Assembly: GCA_047627755.1 (NCBI GenBank)
Contig: JBLHTV010000001.1
Coordinates: 241 to 64,240, forward strand
Direction of reading: 5' to 3'
Length of the DNA stretch: 64,000 nt
Source of the DNA: Lentimonas sp.
GTDB taxonomy: Bacteria > Verrucomicrobiota > Verrucomicrobiia > Opitutales > Coraliomargaritaceae
Of the stretch, positions 19,564 through 30,701 are shown piece after piece. The notes below the pieces were generated by a model. It was not told where the DNA came from and made no database searches. It saw only the letters and a program-made list of their open reading frames with translations. Each line of letters starts with the position of its first letter. Within the stretch, counting starts at the first letter, position 1. Both the position numbers and the translations under genes were made by a program.

Positions 19564-20961
19564 ATGTTACACTCTACAGACTCAAGCAGTTTCTCCCGAC
19601 GCGACTTCCTAAAGGCCGGCAGCGCACTCACAATGTCGGCTTTTTTCACGCACTCAGATGCTGCCCCAAGTGTAGCACTACAAAAGACAGGCCCCGACAC
19701 TCGGCCCAATCTCCTCTTTCTTAATCTGGACCAACTCAGCCACATGGCCTTGAGCTGCCACGGGAACCCACACCTCCAGACACCTAATATCGACCGCTTG
19801 GCCGCGCGCAGTGTTGATTTCTCAAAAAGCTACACGCCAGACCCTATCTGCTGCCCTGCCCGTGCCAGTTGGGCCACTGGTCACTTTCCAAGCGAGAATA
19901 ATGTAGCAGTCAACAACCGCCCCTTGCGCGACGATCTACCCGATTATGGTCAATGGCTGGGCAAGAATGGCTATCAAACCGTGCACATCGGCAAATGGCA
20001 CGTGCCGGGGCGCCCCTTACATAAGTCCTTTCAACTTGTGCCACACAATTCACACCCACAGGGCGAATACAGCGACAACCTCGTCGCTCTCTCATTTGAA
20101 ACCTTCCTCGCCAACCGCGATCAAACACGCCCCTTCTTCGCCCAAGTCGGGTTAATGAACCCACATGACTGTGGCAATGCCCCCCGCACTTCGGAACACC
20201 CGTTCCCGTTTCCACACCTAAAGGATCAGCTACCGCCGTTCCCACCCAACTTCGACTTCGACCGCCGTGAGCCCGAGCAGCTTAAGCAGATGCACAACGG
20301 CCTCATTAAATTTACAGAGAACTGGACGGAAGAGAACTGGGGGCATCAAGCCTGGCTCTACTACCGGATGGTTGAAATGGTCGATGTCAATGTAGGCTAT
20401 ATTCTCGATACATTGGAGCGATCTCCCGAACATGAGAATACAGTCATCATTTTCAGCTCCGACCATGGCGATGCAAACGGCTACCATCGCATGCTGTTTA
20501 AAGATAATTTCTACGAAACGTCCTCACGCGTGCCGACCATGATCTGCTTCCCCGGAAAAGTGCCAGAGGGCGTCGTCGATGAGACCCACTTGGTATCAGG
20601 TTTAGACTTCTTCCCTACGCTGTGTGACTATGCCGGGATCGAAGCTCCAAAGGGGCTGAAAGGCCTAAGCCTTCGTCCACTCCTTGAAGCAGAACCTACG
20701 ACAGAGTGGCGCGAATATTTGCACGCACAGAGTAAGGCGACCGGACGGATGGTCGTAGATGATCAGTATAAGTTCATTCGATATTATGGTTCGGAGACCA
20801 CACAGCTCTTCGACTTGAAGAATGATCCATGGGAAACCGTCAATCTTGCATTTGACGATGAACATCAAGCGGTCTGCAAGCGAATGGCAACTGAAATTGA
20901 TCGCATGGAACAGACACTCGACAACGTTGATTTACCCGATGCCCTTATGCGGCGAACCTAA
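19564..20961 (+). CDS. Tat-exported S1 sulfatase (choline-sulfatase-like fold)
   Basis: SRRDFLK twin-arginine signal; CCPAR, GKWH, NPHD and SDHG motifs. Confidence 0.92.
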   Translation: MLHSTDSSSFSRRDFLKAGSALTMSAFFTHSDAAPSVALQKTGPDTRPNLLFLNLDQLSHMALSCHGNPHLQTPNIDRLAARSVDFSKSYTPDPICCPARASWATGHFPSENNVAVNNRPLRDDLPDYGQWLGKNGYQTVHIGKWHVPGRPLHKSFQLVPHNSHPQGEYSDNLVALSFETFLANRDQTRPFFAQVGLMNPHDCGNAPRTSEHPFPFPHLKDQLPPFPPNFDFDRREPEQLKQMHNGLIKFTENWTEENWGHQAWLYYRMVEMVDVNVGYILDTLERSPEHENTVIIFSSDHGDANGYHRMLFKDNFYETSSRVPTMICFPGKVPEGVVDETHLVSGLDFFPTLCDYAGIEAPKGLKGLSLRPLLEAEPTTEWREYLHAQSKATGRMVVDDQYKFIRYYGSETTQLFDLKNDPWETVNLAFDDEHQAVCKRMATEIDRMEQTLDNVDLPDALMRRT

Positions 20962-20991
20962 CCTCTAATATCACCCCAACCCCAATAAATT

Positions 20992-21894
20992 ATGCCCATT
21001 GATCTACCAGAAGGTATTTACTCCGGCTTCAGTATGTATGGAGACGAAGTCATGGTCCCCGGAGTCAATTCCCTCGGCGAGCACTGGTCGTCACCACGCC
21101 TAAAGCCTGTTTCCAAAAAACTCACAAACTGGACCTGCCTCCTTCAACTCGAAGGCGAATGCTACTTCCACATCAACGGTAAGGACGAACGACTCACCAA
21201 CGGCAATCTACTCTTGCTCTCCAACGGCACAACCATGGAGCGCCTTGATCAGAAATTTTCCTACAACCATACACTCTGGATCGGTTTTTCAATGCGCCGT
21301 GCGCTACAAGATGCCCCTGATCTACTTGAAGCGTGGAAGAGCTTCAGTTACGTTAATAAGCGTTTCCTCCCAAAGCATAAATCACTACTCAAAACGATCG
21401 TCAACGAGCACGCACCCCCGGGGCAATTCAGTGAGCAAATTTCCCGCATGACCTTTCAGGCGTTTGTCTATTCACTGCAGGAATTCGTCAATGATGAGGA
21501 CGTCGAATCCATCATCCCCGCAGGTTTGGCGCAAAATCCGACTGTGCTTCTTGCCACAGATCTCTTCGAGCGTGAATACAGCGAGCACTGGGACCTTAAA
21601 AAACTGTCCGACCGCCTCGCTGTGTCCGAAAGTAAATTAGCCAAGGCATTTCGCGTCGCCACCGGCGAGAGCCCGATGGCTAGCCTATGGAAGATCCGTC
21701 TAATTAAAGGCTATGAGCTGCTCGTGGGCTCATCTATGAATGTCACAGAAATAGCCATGATGGTCGGCTTCCAAAGTAGCCAGAGCTTCGCAACTGCTTT
21801 TAAGCGCTCATTCAAATGCACCCCTCGCGATGTCAAAAACGGAAACGTCGAACAAATAGAACCGCGCGAATTTCTACACCAAAAAGAAGACTAA
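20992..21894 (+). CDS. AraC-family transcriptional regulator
   Basis: Cupin-like N-terminus; C-terminal double HTH (VTEIAMMVGFQSSQSFATAFKR...TP). Confidence 0.93.
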   Translation: MPIDLPEGIYSGFSMYGDEVMVPGVNSLGEHWSSPRLKPVSKKLTNWTCLLQLEGECYFHINGKDERLTNGNLLLLSNGTTMERLDQKFSYNHTLWIGFSMRRALQDAPDLLEAWKSFSYVNKRFLPKHKSLLKTIVNEHAPPGQFSEQISRMTFQAFVYSLQEFVNDEDVESIIPAGLAQNPTVLLATDLFEREYSEHWDLKKLSDRLAVSESKLAKAFRVATGESPMASLWKIRLIKGYELLVGSSMNVTEIAMMVGFQSSQSFATAFKRSFKCTPRDVKNGNVEQIEPREFLHQKED

Positions 21895-21915
21895 TATCGG
21901 ACTCACCTAACACTT

Positions 21916-23301
21916 ATGATCACACGCTTTTTACTCTGTCTTGCAACAAGTCTACCCACCTGCGCACTCTACGCAAAGTCTCCGAATCTAATTATCATTC
22001 TAACCGATGACCAAGGCTACAACGATGTCGGCTTCAACGGATGCACCGACATCCCCACGCCACACTTAGACAAACTCGCAGACGACGGGGTTATATTTAC
22101 GGATGGCTATGTCTCCTACCCAGTGTGCGGACCAAGTCGCGCAGGTCTTCTCACCGGACGCTATCAAGATCGCTTTGGGTTCACCACGAACCCAACCATT
22201 GATCCTAGTAATCCAGATGCAGGTCTTCCAAAGTCCGAAGAAAACATTGCGGAGGTGCTCAACAAAGCGAACTACTACAGCGCTATCATCGGCAAGTGGC
22301 ACATGGGCAGTCACCCAAGCAATCACCCGCTCAACCGTGGTTTTGAGTATTTCTACGGATTCCTTTCGGGTGGGCATAGTTACTTTCCTAGAAACTATAA
22401 GCTCAACGATCTTACCGAGGTCACACGCTCCTGGGAGTGGTACAACACACGACTATTAGAAAACTTTGACCGTATTGATGTGCAGGAAGACTACCTTACC
22501 GATGTCCTTACAGATGCGGCCACTGGGTTTATTGACGCGAAGGCAAAGGCCAATCAGCACTTCCTGCTCTACCTCGCCTATAACGCTCCTCACGCACCAT
22601 TACAGGCTACCGAAAAATACCTATCACGATTCCCTGACATCGCCGACGAGGAACGCCGCACCTATGCGGCTATGGTCAGCTGTGTTGACGATGGTGTAGG
22701 CCGCGTCATGGAGAGTCTTCGCCGCAACAATATCGAGGAAGACACCATCGTCGTATTCCTCTCCGACAATGGTGGTGCGATCACTAAAAATGCCTCTAAC
22801 AACGGCGCTCTGCGAGGAGCCAAGTCGGATCTCTTCGAAGGCGGCATCCGCGTGCCGTTTGCAATGCAGTGGAAAAGTACCATTCCTGCGGGACAAATCT
22901 ACTCTCACCCAGTCATCTCACTCGACATCATGGGCACGATCACCGCACTGGCAGGGGTCAAAATTGCAGAAGATCGACCCTTGGATGGCGTCAACTTAAT
23001 CCCCTACCTGACAGGCCAAAATAACGAAGCACCCCACGACCAACTTTTCTGGCGCAAATGGGAGCAGCAAGGCATGTGTATTCGTGATGGCGATACAAAG
23101 CTGGTAGCCAACACACAGCGACACAAAAACAGCTACCAGCTATTCAACGTCACGAATGACCTCAGCGAGAGAAAGAACCTACGCAAACAAAGACCAGAAA
23201 AAAGCAAACAACTCCTAGAAGCATGGGAAGAGTGGAACGATCAACTCAAAGACCGTACCTTCCCAACACTGATGGCGGATAAATGGTGGGAGCGCCTGTA
23301 A
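21916..23301 (+). CDS. S1 sulfatase (S1_19-like, candidate galactose-4-sulfatase)
   Basis: DDQGYNDVGFNG, CGPSRAGLLTGRYQDRFG, GKWH, YNAPH and SDNGG motifs. Subfamily is from recall. Confidence 0.9.
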   Translation: MITRFLLCLATSLPTCALYAKSPNLIIILTDDQGYNDVGFNGCTDIPTPHLDKLADDGVIFTDGYVSYPVCGPSRAGLLTGRYQDRFGFTTNPTIDPSNPDAGLPKSEENIAEVLNKANYYSAIIGKWHMGSHPSNHPLNRGFEYFYGFLSGGHSYFPRNYKLNDLTEVTRSWEWYNTRLLENFDRIDVQEDYLTDVLTDAATGFIDAKAKANQHFLLYLAYNAPHAPLQATEKYLSRFPDIADEERRTYAAMVSCVDDGVGRVMESLRRNNIEEDTIVVFLSDNGGAITKNASNNGALRGAKSDLFEGGIRVPFAMQWKSTIPAGQIYSHPVISLDIMGTITALAGVKIAEDRPLDGVNLIPYLTGQNNEAPHDQLFWRKWEQQGMCIRDGDTKLVANTQRHKNSYQLFNVTNDLSERKNLRKQRPEKSKQLLEAWEEWNDQLKDRTFPTLMADKWWERL

Positions 23302-23347
23302 GTGTTTCGAACCTGACTAGGCCATCACTTCCAACAAATACGCCAAA

Positions 23348-24805
23348 ATGATTGATCGAATCCGGCAAATGATACTGGGATTCTTTGCGACCGTAGCATG
23401 TGCACTCAGCCTCCACTCGACAGAGCGCCCCAACATTCTCATCTTTCTCATCGACGACATGGGACTGATGGACACTTCAGTGCCCTTTCTCACAGAAGAC
23501 GGAACCTCCAAAGCCTACCCACTCAACGAACGTTATCGTACGCCCGCAATGAAGCAACTCGCCAATCAAGGGCTACGCTTCGAGCGCTACTACGCAAACA
23601 GCGTCTGCTCCCCCTCACGCGTTTCACTCATCACAGGGCAAAACTCCGCACGTCACCGCACCACTCAATGGATTAATCCCTATACCCGTAATGCGGATCG
23701 ATACGCCCCCACAGATTGGAACTGGCCAGGGTTGCGTGAAAATTCCGTGACACTGCCCAGTCTTTTATCGAACGCAGGCTACCATACTATCCATGTTGGT
23801 AAAGCTCACTGGGGTCCACTCGACCACTACGGATCCGACCCACTACACATTGGCTTCGATCGAAATGTCGCAGGAGCCGCGTGGGGTCGTCCTGGTAGTT
23901 ATTACGGTGCGCAGAACTTCACAAACGCCCAGCAACTCCGACAGCCTCCACACCTCGAAGCCTACCACGGCGAAGCTATCCACCTTGCAGAAGCCCTAAC
24001 AAACGAAATGCTCAAGCAACTCGATGTAGCTCATGCCACTGGCAAACCGATCTTCGCACATATGGCATTCTATGCGGTGCATGGGCCATTCGAGGCCGAC
24101 CCTCAGTTTCTCGCCAACTACCCCAGCGATCAACCAGGCAGAGAATTTGCCGCAATGATCGAGGGCATGGATCACGCAGTCGGTCTTATTCTCAAACATC
24201 TTGAAATACTAGGCATCGCGGAAGATACACTCGTTTTCTTCCTCGGCGACAATGGCTCTGTTCATAGCAGCGAACCGCTACGAGGCAAGAAAGCAGAACG
24301 TTTTGAAGGAGGGACTCGTGTACCTTTCATCGTTAGTTGGGCTAAACCAAGTGATAGTGAAATACAATCGAGGTGGCCGATTCAAGCTGGTACACACCAT
24401 ACGGAAAGCTTCGGTACAATTCTCGACCTCATGCCAACAATCCTAAACCTAACCGATACCCAGGCTCCTGAAGGATACATTCTCGATGGCTATGACCTGC
24501 GGGCAGTTCACGAGGGGGAAACCAAACAAACCTTCCTAATGCATTTTCCCCACAAGCATCGATCTTCCTATTTCACGACATGGCATAACGGAGACTGGAA
24601 GCTCATTTACCAATATCATAGCGAGCCTCGTCTCCAATTGTTCAATCTCGCAAAAGACCGCAACGAGCGCAACGACTTAGCTGAACAAAACCCCGAATTA
24701 CTGCAAGTCATGCTAAGTGAAATGAATGACGCACTTAATGACTCAGGAGCCCTTTTTCCTGCAAGCCAAAAACATGGCGAGTCTACCCAACCGCATCTGA
24801 ACTAA
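23348..24805 (+). CDS. S1 sulfatase
   Basis: Signal peptide; DDMG, CSPSR, GKAH, YAVH and GDNG motifs. Confidence 0.92.
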   Translation: MIDRIRQMILGFFATVACALSLHSTERPNILIFLIDDMGLMDTSVPFLTEDGTSKAYPLNERYRTPAMKQLANQGLRFERYYANSVCSPSRVSLITGQNSARHRTTQWINPYTRNADRYAPTDWNWPGLRENSVTLPSLLSNAGYHTIHVGKAHWGPLDHYGSDPLHIGFDRNVAGAAWGRPGSYYGAQNFTNAQQLRQPPHLEAYHGEAIHLAEALTNEMLKQLDVAHATGKPIFAHMAFYAVHGPFEADPQFLANYPSDQPGREFAAMIEGMDHAVGLILKHLEILGIAEDTLVFFLGDNGSVHSSEPLRGKKAERFEGGTRVPFIVSWAKPSDSEIQSRWPIQAGTHHTESFGTILDLMPTILNLTDTQAPEGYILDGYDLRAVHEGETKQTFLMHFPHKHRSSYFTTWHNGDWKLIYQYHSEPRLQLFNLAKDRNERNDLAEQNPELLQVMLSEMNDALNDSGALFPASQKHGESTQPHLN

Positions 24806-26361
24806 TGAATCTAAACAGCACTCATATAAAAGCCGTACCTCTAGTTTTGGCATTGCTCTTAAGCGTGGCATGTCTGACCTCGCATGCGTCAATCAAGCAA
24901 CCCAACGTCATCATCATCTACGGAGACGACGTTGGCTACGGCGATGTCGGCGCCTACGGATCGAAACAAATTCCGACGCCTCACATCGATGCACTCGCTG
25001 CAAGTGGACTCCGGTTCACCGATGGGCATTGCTCTGCCGCCACTTGCAGTCCTTCTCGTTTCTCGATGCTAACTGGCATCCATGGTTTCCGTGCCAATGT
25101 GAGGATCCTCGCACCCAATGCACCACTGGCGATCCCAGTAGATACCTACACCTTGGCTGACCTCTTTAAAGATGCAGGCTATCAAACCGCAGTCATCGGA
25201 AAATGGCACCTCGGCCTCGGCAGCAAAGACGCTCCTGCTGACTGGAATGCCGAAGTCAAACCGGGCCCACTCGAAATCGGTTTCGATTACAGTTTCCTCC
25301 TCCCCTCCACAAACGACCGTGTGCCCTGCGTCTATTTGGAGAACTACAAGGTCGTCAACTATGACCCAAACGATCCGATCTACGTCGGCTTCAGTCCGGA
25401 TAAAGTCAATCGCCCAGGTAGCACGACGTATCCCGATGGCAAGGTCGACCGTGAGGCCATGACCTACTACCAAAGCAGCCATGGGCACAATCACAGCGTG
25501 ATCAATGGCATCGGACGCATCGGATATATGGCCGGCGGCAAAGCAGCGCTCTGGAATGATGAAACGATGGCCGATGTTTTTATTGATAAAGCCCGTAAAT
25601 ATATCAGCAGCACTAAGGACACTCCCTTCTTCTTGTTCTTCTCCTCCCAAGACATTCATGTGCCCCGCGCCCCACACCAACGTTTCCAAGGCAAGACCGA
25701 ACTCGGCTACCGCGGCGATGCCATGGTTCAATTCGATTGGAGTGTCGGCCAAATCATCGACGCACTCAAATCCAACGGCTTACTAGAAAACACCATCGTC
25801 ATCTTCTCCAGCGACAACGGGCCAACCTATGATGACGGCTACGTTGACGGCTCTAAGGTCAAAACTTCCAAGGCAGATAACGACAAGGGGCACTATGGCG
25901 CTGGCCCTTATCGTGGGGGGAAATATCAAATCTACGAAGGTGGCACCCGCGTGCCACTGATCATCAGTTGGCCTGCTAAGATCAAAGCCGGCACCTCCGA
26001 TGCGATGGTCAACCAAATCGACTTCCTCCACTCCTTTGCCAGCTTCCTAAAGCTTGAGCTGCCCGAAGGAGCTGCCGTTGATAGCCGAGACACGCTCGAC
26101 ACATTCCTAGGCAAGTCCAAACGTGGGCTCCCATTTATGCTCGAAGAGGCAGCCAACGCTGCTGCGATTCGAAAAGATCAATGGAAGTATATCGAATTCC
26201 ATGCCAGTAAATATCAACCAACCCCCGGTGCACCTGAGCTCTATGACTTGGGTCAAGACATCGCAGAAGCAAACAATGTCATCGCAGAGTATCCAGAAGT
26301 CGCAGAATCACTGCGCGAACAATTGCGCACAATTCAACAATCCGATGGCATCCGTAACTAA
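24805..26361 (+). CDS. S1 sulfatase (S1_15-like), secreted
   Basis: Signal peptide; DDVGYGD, CSPSR, GKWHLG, NDRVPC, HVPR and SDNG motifs. Confidence 0.92.
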   Translation: MNLNSTHIKAVPLVLALLLSVACLTSHASIKQPNVIIIYGDDVGYGDVGAYGSKQIPTPHIDALAASGLRFTDGHCSAATCSPSRFSMLTGIHGFRANVRILAPNAPLAIPVDTYTLADLFKDAGYQTAVIGKWHLGLGSKDAPADWNAEVKPGPLEIGFDYSFLLPSTNDRVPCVYLENYKVVNYDPNDPIYVGFSPDKVNRPGSTTYPDGKVDREAMTYYQSSHGHNHSVINGIGRIGYMAGGKAALWNDETMADVFIDKARKYISSTKDTPFFLFFSSQDIHVPRAPHQRFQGKTELGYRGDAMVQFDWSVGQIIDALKSNGLLENTIVIFSSDNGPTYDDGYVDGSKVKTSKADNDKGHYGAGPYRGGKYQIYEGGTRVPLIISWPAKIKAGTSDAMVNQIDFLHSFASFLKLELPEGAAVDSRDTLDTFLGKSKRGLPFMLEEAANAAAIRKDQWKYIEFHASKYQPTPGAPELYDLGQDIAEANNVIAEYPEVAESLREQLRTIQQSDGIRN

Positions 26362-26376
26362 CTAAGCTGCATCCTT

Positions 26377-29085
26377 ATGGTTTCTTTGACTATCCGCTCA
26401 CTCCTTTTGGGAGCTCTCACTAGTATCGCCTTGGCGAATACAACACAGGCCTACACACCTGAATACTCGACCGCAGGCTTCTATCAAACGGACACCTCCG
26501 TGCGCGAAGCGATCAACTTCAATGTCGGCTGGCGTTTTATCAAGCGCGACCTTCAAGGCGCTGAAACCATGGAATTCGACGACAGCGAGTGGAAGCTCGT
26601 AAACTTACCCGATGGCATGGAGCTTCTGCCACTCACCGCAAGTGGTGGTGTCAATTACCAAGGTCCTTCATGGTATCGCAAAACCTTCCAGGTCGACCCC
26701 AAGCTCGAAGGGCGGAAAGTCATGCTGCACTTCGAGGGCATCATGGGGAAGTCCAAGGTATGGCTGAATGGTAAACTCATCGCCGAGAACTTTGGCAGCT
26801 ACTTCCCCATTCACATCGACCTGAGCGAGCACCTCAACTATTCGGCAGAAAACATCCTCGCAGTCCGTGCAGACAACAGCAACGACCCAGACTTTCCGCC
26901 CGGCAAAGATCAGGAAGCACTTGATTTCACCTATTTCGGCGGCATCTATCGCGACGCATGGTTAATCACCCATAACACCACCTATGTGACACATCCACTC
27001 GCCGTGGATAAAGTCGCGGGTGGCGGTGTCTTCGTCCATTATGAGGACCTTTCCAAAAACTCTGCACGCGTTTTGGTCGATACCGATATCGCCAATGAAG
27101 GCAGGCCCAAAACTGTAAAAGTGCAACTGTCACTCAAAGACAAAGACGGCGCTCTTGCAGCCACTCACAGCACAACGCTCGAACTGCCCGCCAACGGCGC
27201 CGCCACCGCCTCACAAGAGATGACCATCGATCAGCCCAGGCTCTGGCAACCCGACAGCCCGCATCTTTATAATCTCCATGTGCGTATTGAAGATGCTTCC
27301 GGAAACGTTCTGGATCAGTTCCGTAAACGAATCGGCCTACGCACGATCGAAATGCGTGGACGCGAGGGCTTTTACTTGAATGGCAAGCCCTACCCCCAAT
27401 TGTTGCTGGGCGCCAACCGTCACCAAGACTTTGCTCACATCGGGCATGCACTCCCAAATAACCTGCACTACCGAGATGCCTTAAAATTGCGCCAAACAGG
27501 CATGCGCGTCATCCGCTCAGCGCACTACATTCAAGATCCGGCTTTCATGGATGCCTGCGATGAGCTCGGTCTCTTCATGGTGGCTGCCATCCCCGGTTGG
27601 CAGTTTTGGAATGACAAACCGATCTTCACGGAGCGCATGCTCAAGGATGTGCGCAACATGGTGCGTTTGGAGCGCAATCGCCCTTCAATTCTTATTTGGG
27701 AAGTCGTTCCGAATGAAACCCACTTCCCCATCGAATTCGCGGAACAAACCGCTAAAGCCACCCAAGAAGAATATCCCTACCCCGGTCGCTACACCGCGAC
27801 GGACTCGCGCACTAAGCGCGGTAAGAACCAACATCTTTTCGATGTGCTCTATGCGGACGACACTGTATTGGGCGAGCACGAAGACAAGAACGTCTTCAAG
27901 CGTGAATGGGGTGACTTCGTCGACAACTGGGTGGATCACAACTCCGCCAGTCGCGTGGCCAAGCAATGGGGAGAAGCCGCTCAGATACGACAAGCTATGC
28001 ACTACTTCATTGAGGAATGGACTGACGACGGTAAAGATAAGGAATGGCCATCCATGACCAAGGTATTCAAGGCCAGTAAGTCGCTGGTCGGCGCCACGCT
28101 TTGGCACTCCTTCGATCACCAACGCGGCTACCACCCCGATCCATTCTGGGGCGGCATTATGGATGCCTATCGCCAACCAAAGTTTTCTTACTATTTATTC
28201 AAGAGCTTGCTACCGACAAGTGGATTGGACGACGTGCCCATGGTCGACGCAGAGCCCTTTGTCTATATCTCGCATTTGATGACTCCGGCCTCTCCCGAAG
28301 ATGTGGTCGTCTTTACGAATTGTGACGCCGTCAAACTCACGATGTATGGTAACGAAGTTGGCACCAAACCAGCCACGAATATCAACAGCCCAGTCCCACG
28401 TGTGCCTGTCGTCTTCGAAGACGTCTTTCGCTACGTCGATGCCCGCAATAAAAACAAAAAGAGCTACGGTAAGATCGACCAAGAGTATGTTGAAGGTGCG
28501 AGCATCAAAGCAGAAGGCATCATCAATGGTAAAGTGGTCACCGAACACCTACGCTGGCCAGTGGGACGCAAACGTCGGCTTATCCTTAAAGTCGACGACA
28601 CCTCGATTCAACCGCTCGCGGATGGCAGCGATATCACGACAGTCGTCGCTTACCTCGTTGACGCCGGCGGAGCGGTGAAGCGCCTCAGCGATGAATATAT
28701 TCGTTTCGCTGTTAGTGGCGAAGGCGAACTGATCGGCGGCACGGAAAACGAGATCAACCCACAGAAATTACTCTGGGGTGAAGCGGTTGCGCTCGTTCGC
28801 TCAGGAACCAACCCCGGCGATATCACCGTCCGTGCCGAAGTCCTGAAGGATGGCCCAAACACGCCCGACAGCGCTGAAGTCACCTTCAGCACCCAAGCCC
28901 CGACACAGACACTACTCTATCAAGAACTCCCCGAACTCGGCCGACAGCAAGCCACCCAAACGGTGATTATCGACGAGAGTGAAGCGCTCAGGAAACTGCG
29001 CGATGAACTGCGCACAACTCAGAAGAAACTCCAGGAGTATCGCCTCAACGAAGTCGGCCAACAACAGCAGGACTTCATCCAGTAA
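26377..29085 (+). CDS. GH2 beta-galactosidase-like, secreted
   Basis: Signal peptide; WYRKTF, LHFEG, GGIYRD, GANRHQ, RSAHY, WEVVPNE (acid/base) and REWG (nucleophile). Confidence 0.92.
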   Translation: MVSLTIRSLLLGALTSIALANTTQAYTPEYSTAGFYQTDTSVREAINFNVGWRFIKRDLQGAETMEFDDSEWKLVNLPDGMELLPLTASGGVNYQGPSWYRKTFQVDPKLEGRKVMLHFEGIMGKSKVWLNGKLIAENFGSYFPIHIDLSEHLNYSAENILAVRADNSNDPDFPPGKDQEALDFTYFGGIYRDAWLITHNTTYVTHPLAVDKVAGGGVFVHYEDLSKNSARVLVDTDIANEGRPKTVKVQLSLKDKDGALAATHSTTLELPANGAATASQEMTIDQPRLWQPDSPHLYNLHVRIEDASGNVLDQFRKRIGLRTIEMRGREGFYLNGKPYPQLLLGANRHQDFAHIGHALPNNLHYRDALKLRQTGMRVIRSAHYIQDPAFMDACDELGLFMVAAIPGWQFWNDKPIFTERMLKDVRNMVRLERNRPSILIWEVVPNETHFPIEFAEQTAKATQEEYPYPGRYTATDSRTKRGKNQHLFDVLYADDTVLGEHEDKNVFKREWGDFVDNWVDHNSASRVAKQWGEAAQIRQAMHYFIEEWTDDGKDKEWPSMTKVFKASKSLVGATLWHSFDHQRGYHPDPFWGGIMDAYRQPKFSYYLFKSLLPTSGLDDVPMVDAEPFVYISHLMTPASPEDVVVFTNCDAVKLTMYGNEVGTKPATNINSPVPRVPVVFEDVFRYVDARNKNKKSYGKIDQEYVEGASIKAEGIINGKVVTEHLRWPVGRKRRLILKVDDTSIQPLADGSDITTVVAYLVDAGGAVKRLSDEYIRFAVSGEGELIGGTENEINPQKLLWGEAVALVRSGTNPGDITVRAEVLKDGPNTPDSAEVTFSTQAPTQTLLYQELPELGRQQATQTVIIDESEALRKLRDELRTTQKKLQEYRLNEVGQQQQDFIQ

Positions 29086-29109
29086 TTTTTAAGCAAGCTA
29101 TATCATATT

Positions 29110-30699
29110 ATGAACATTCGATCCGTAGTCGCACTTGCCACCACATTCATCGCGGGCACACAGCTCCATGCGGAGATCAATCTCGCCCCTACCTTTTCGG
29201 ACAACATGATCTTGCAACGCGAGGTGACCATCCCCCTACGTGGCACCGCAGACAGTGAGCAAAAAGTAACCGTCCAGTTCAATGACGCACAGTATACCAG
29301 CGCCGTCATTGATGGACGCTGGAAAGTCATATTGCCGGCGATGGCCGCAGGCGGCGCCTACGAAATCGTCGTCACCGGATCAGACAATTCAATCACACTC
29401 AAGAATGTGACCTTCGGTGATATCTGGCTTTGCGCGGGCCAATCCAACATGGATAGCGCCATCGAAACTTATAAGAGGAAGTTTCCCGAACTCTACGAAG
29501 GCCATCCCGTCAAACAGCACGATCAAATCCGCATCTTTCGAGCGGAGCGTGTCCCGATCGACGAACCGCAAGAGTTTATCACACGTGAACACCGTTTCGA
29601 CAAAGGCTGGTATCCGATCGAGCCACGCACACGCACTCGCCTCTTCAGCGCGACCGGTTACTTCTTTGGCATATATCTCGCGGAAGCAATCGATGTGCCC
29701 ATTGGCTTGATACAGTCTTGCCGCGGGGGCACTCCGATCACCGCATGGATGCCGCCGGGATCACTCGAAGCTCGCGAAGAATACGCCCACATCCTTGAAA
29801 ACTATCAGCAATCCATCGTCGATTGGCCCACCACCAAGATCGAATACGATCGCAGAGTGAAAGAGTGGGAAGCCAAGAAAGCCAGTGGTGCCAAAGTCAG
29901 CTGGAAACCTGAGCCTCCGCTGGGACCAATTAGCAATAAACGCCCTTATGCCTTACACAATGGCATGATTCACCCACTCTACGAACTCCCAATCAAAGGA
30001 GTCCTCTGGTATCAGGGCGAAGGTAATTCAAGAACACGTGAAGATTCGGTCCAATACGAAGCGCTGCTAAAAGACCTAGTCGCACTATGGCGGAAGAACT
30101 GGAATAATCCGACCATGCCATGCCTGGTCGTTCAATTACCCGGATTCGGTAAAGCCACCAAGGAGCCAAACAACAATAACAACTGGCCATGGATACGTGA
30201 GTCGCAAAAGAACATCGACACGATCGAGAACTGCCAGGCCATTTGCATTCTAGATAGTGGCATGGAAGAAGACATCCACCCACCCTACAAAGAAAATGTC
30301 GGCAAGCGCCTCGCTTACGCAGCACGCAGTATGGTTTACGGACAAACGAACGCGCCACAGTCACCGCAATACAGCGCACACCAAGCTGATGGCGAGGCCA
30401 CAATCATCACTTTCACAAAAGTCGGAAGCGGACTCACCACAGGCACTCCACTACTTGAAGACGCCAGTCATCAATCCGGTGACGTGCTCGGCTTTATCGT
30501 GATGGATAGCCAGGGAAAGTATCAGCGTGCCAGCGCCCAGATCGTCGCTCCAAATCAGATCAGAGTGAACCATCCGGGCATTACCAATCCAAAATCCATC
30601 CGTTATGGCTGGAAAAACTTTCCTAATGTCAACCTGTATGGAGAAGATGATATGCCTGCGTTCCCATTTCGCACCGACACATTCTCATCAGACAAATAG
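29110..30699 (+). CDS. Sialate O-acetylesterase-like SGNH carbohydrate esterase
   Basis: FSDNMILQRE, GDIWLCAGQSNM, WYQGEGN, DIHP and PAFPFRTD motifs. Confidence 0.9.
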   Translation: MNIRSVVALATTFIAGTQLHAEINLAPTFSDNMILQREVTIPLRGTADSEQKVTVQFNDAQYTSAVIDGRWKVILPAMAAGGAYEIVVTGSDNSITLKNVTFGDIWLCAGQSNMDSAIETYKRKFPELYEGHPVKQHDQIRIFRAERVPIDEPQEFITREHRFDKGWYPIEPRTRTRLFSATGYFFGIYLAEAIDVPIGLIQSCRGGTPITAWMPPGSLEAREEYAHILENYQQSIVDWPTTKIEYDRRVKEWEAKKASGAKVSWKPEPPLGPISNKRPYALHNGMIHPLYELPIKGVLWYQGEGNSRTREDSVQYEALLKDLVALWRKNWNNPTMPCLVVQLPGFGKATKEPNNNNNWPWIRESQKNIDTIENCQAICILDSGMEEDIHPPYKENVGKRLAYAARSMVYGQTNAPQSPQYSAHQADGEATIITFTKVGSGLTTGTPLLEDASHQSGDVLGFIVMDSQGKYQRASAQIVAPNQIRVNHPGITNPKSIRYGWKNFPNVNLYGEDDMPAFPFRTDTFSSDK

Positions 30700-30701
30700 T
30701 A

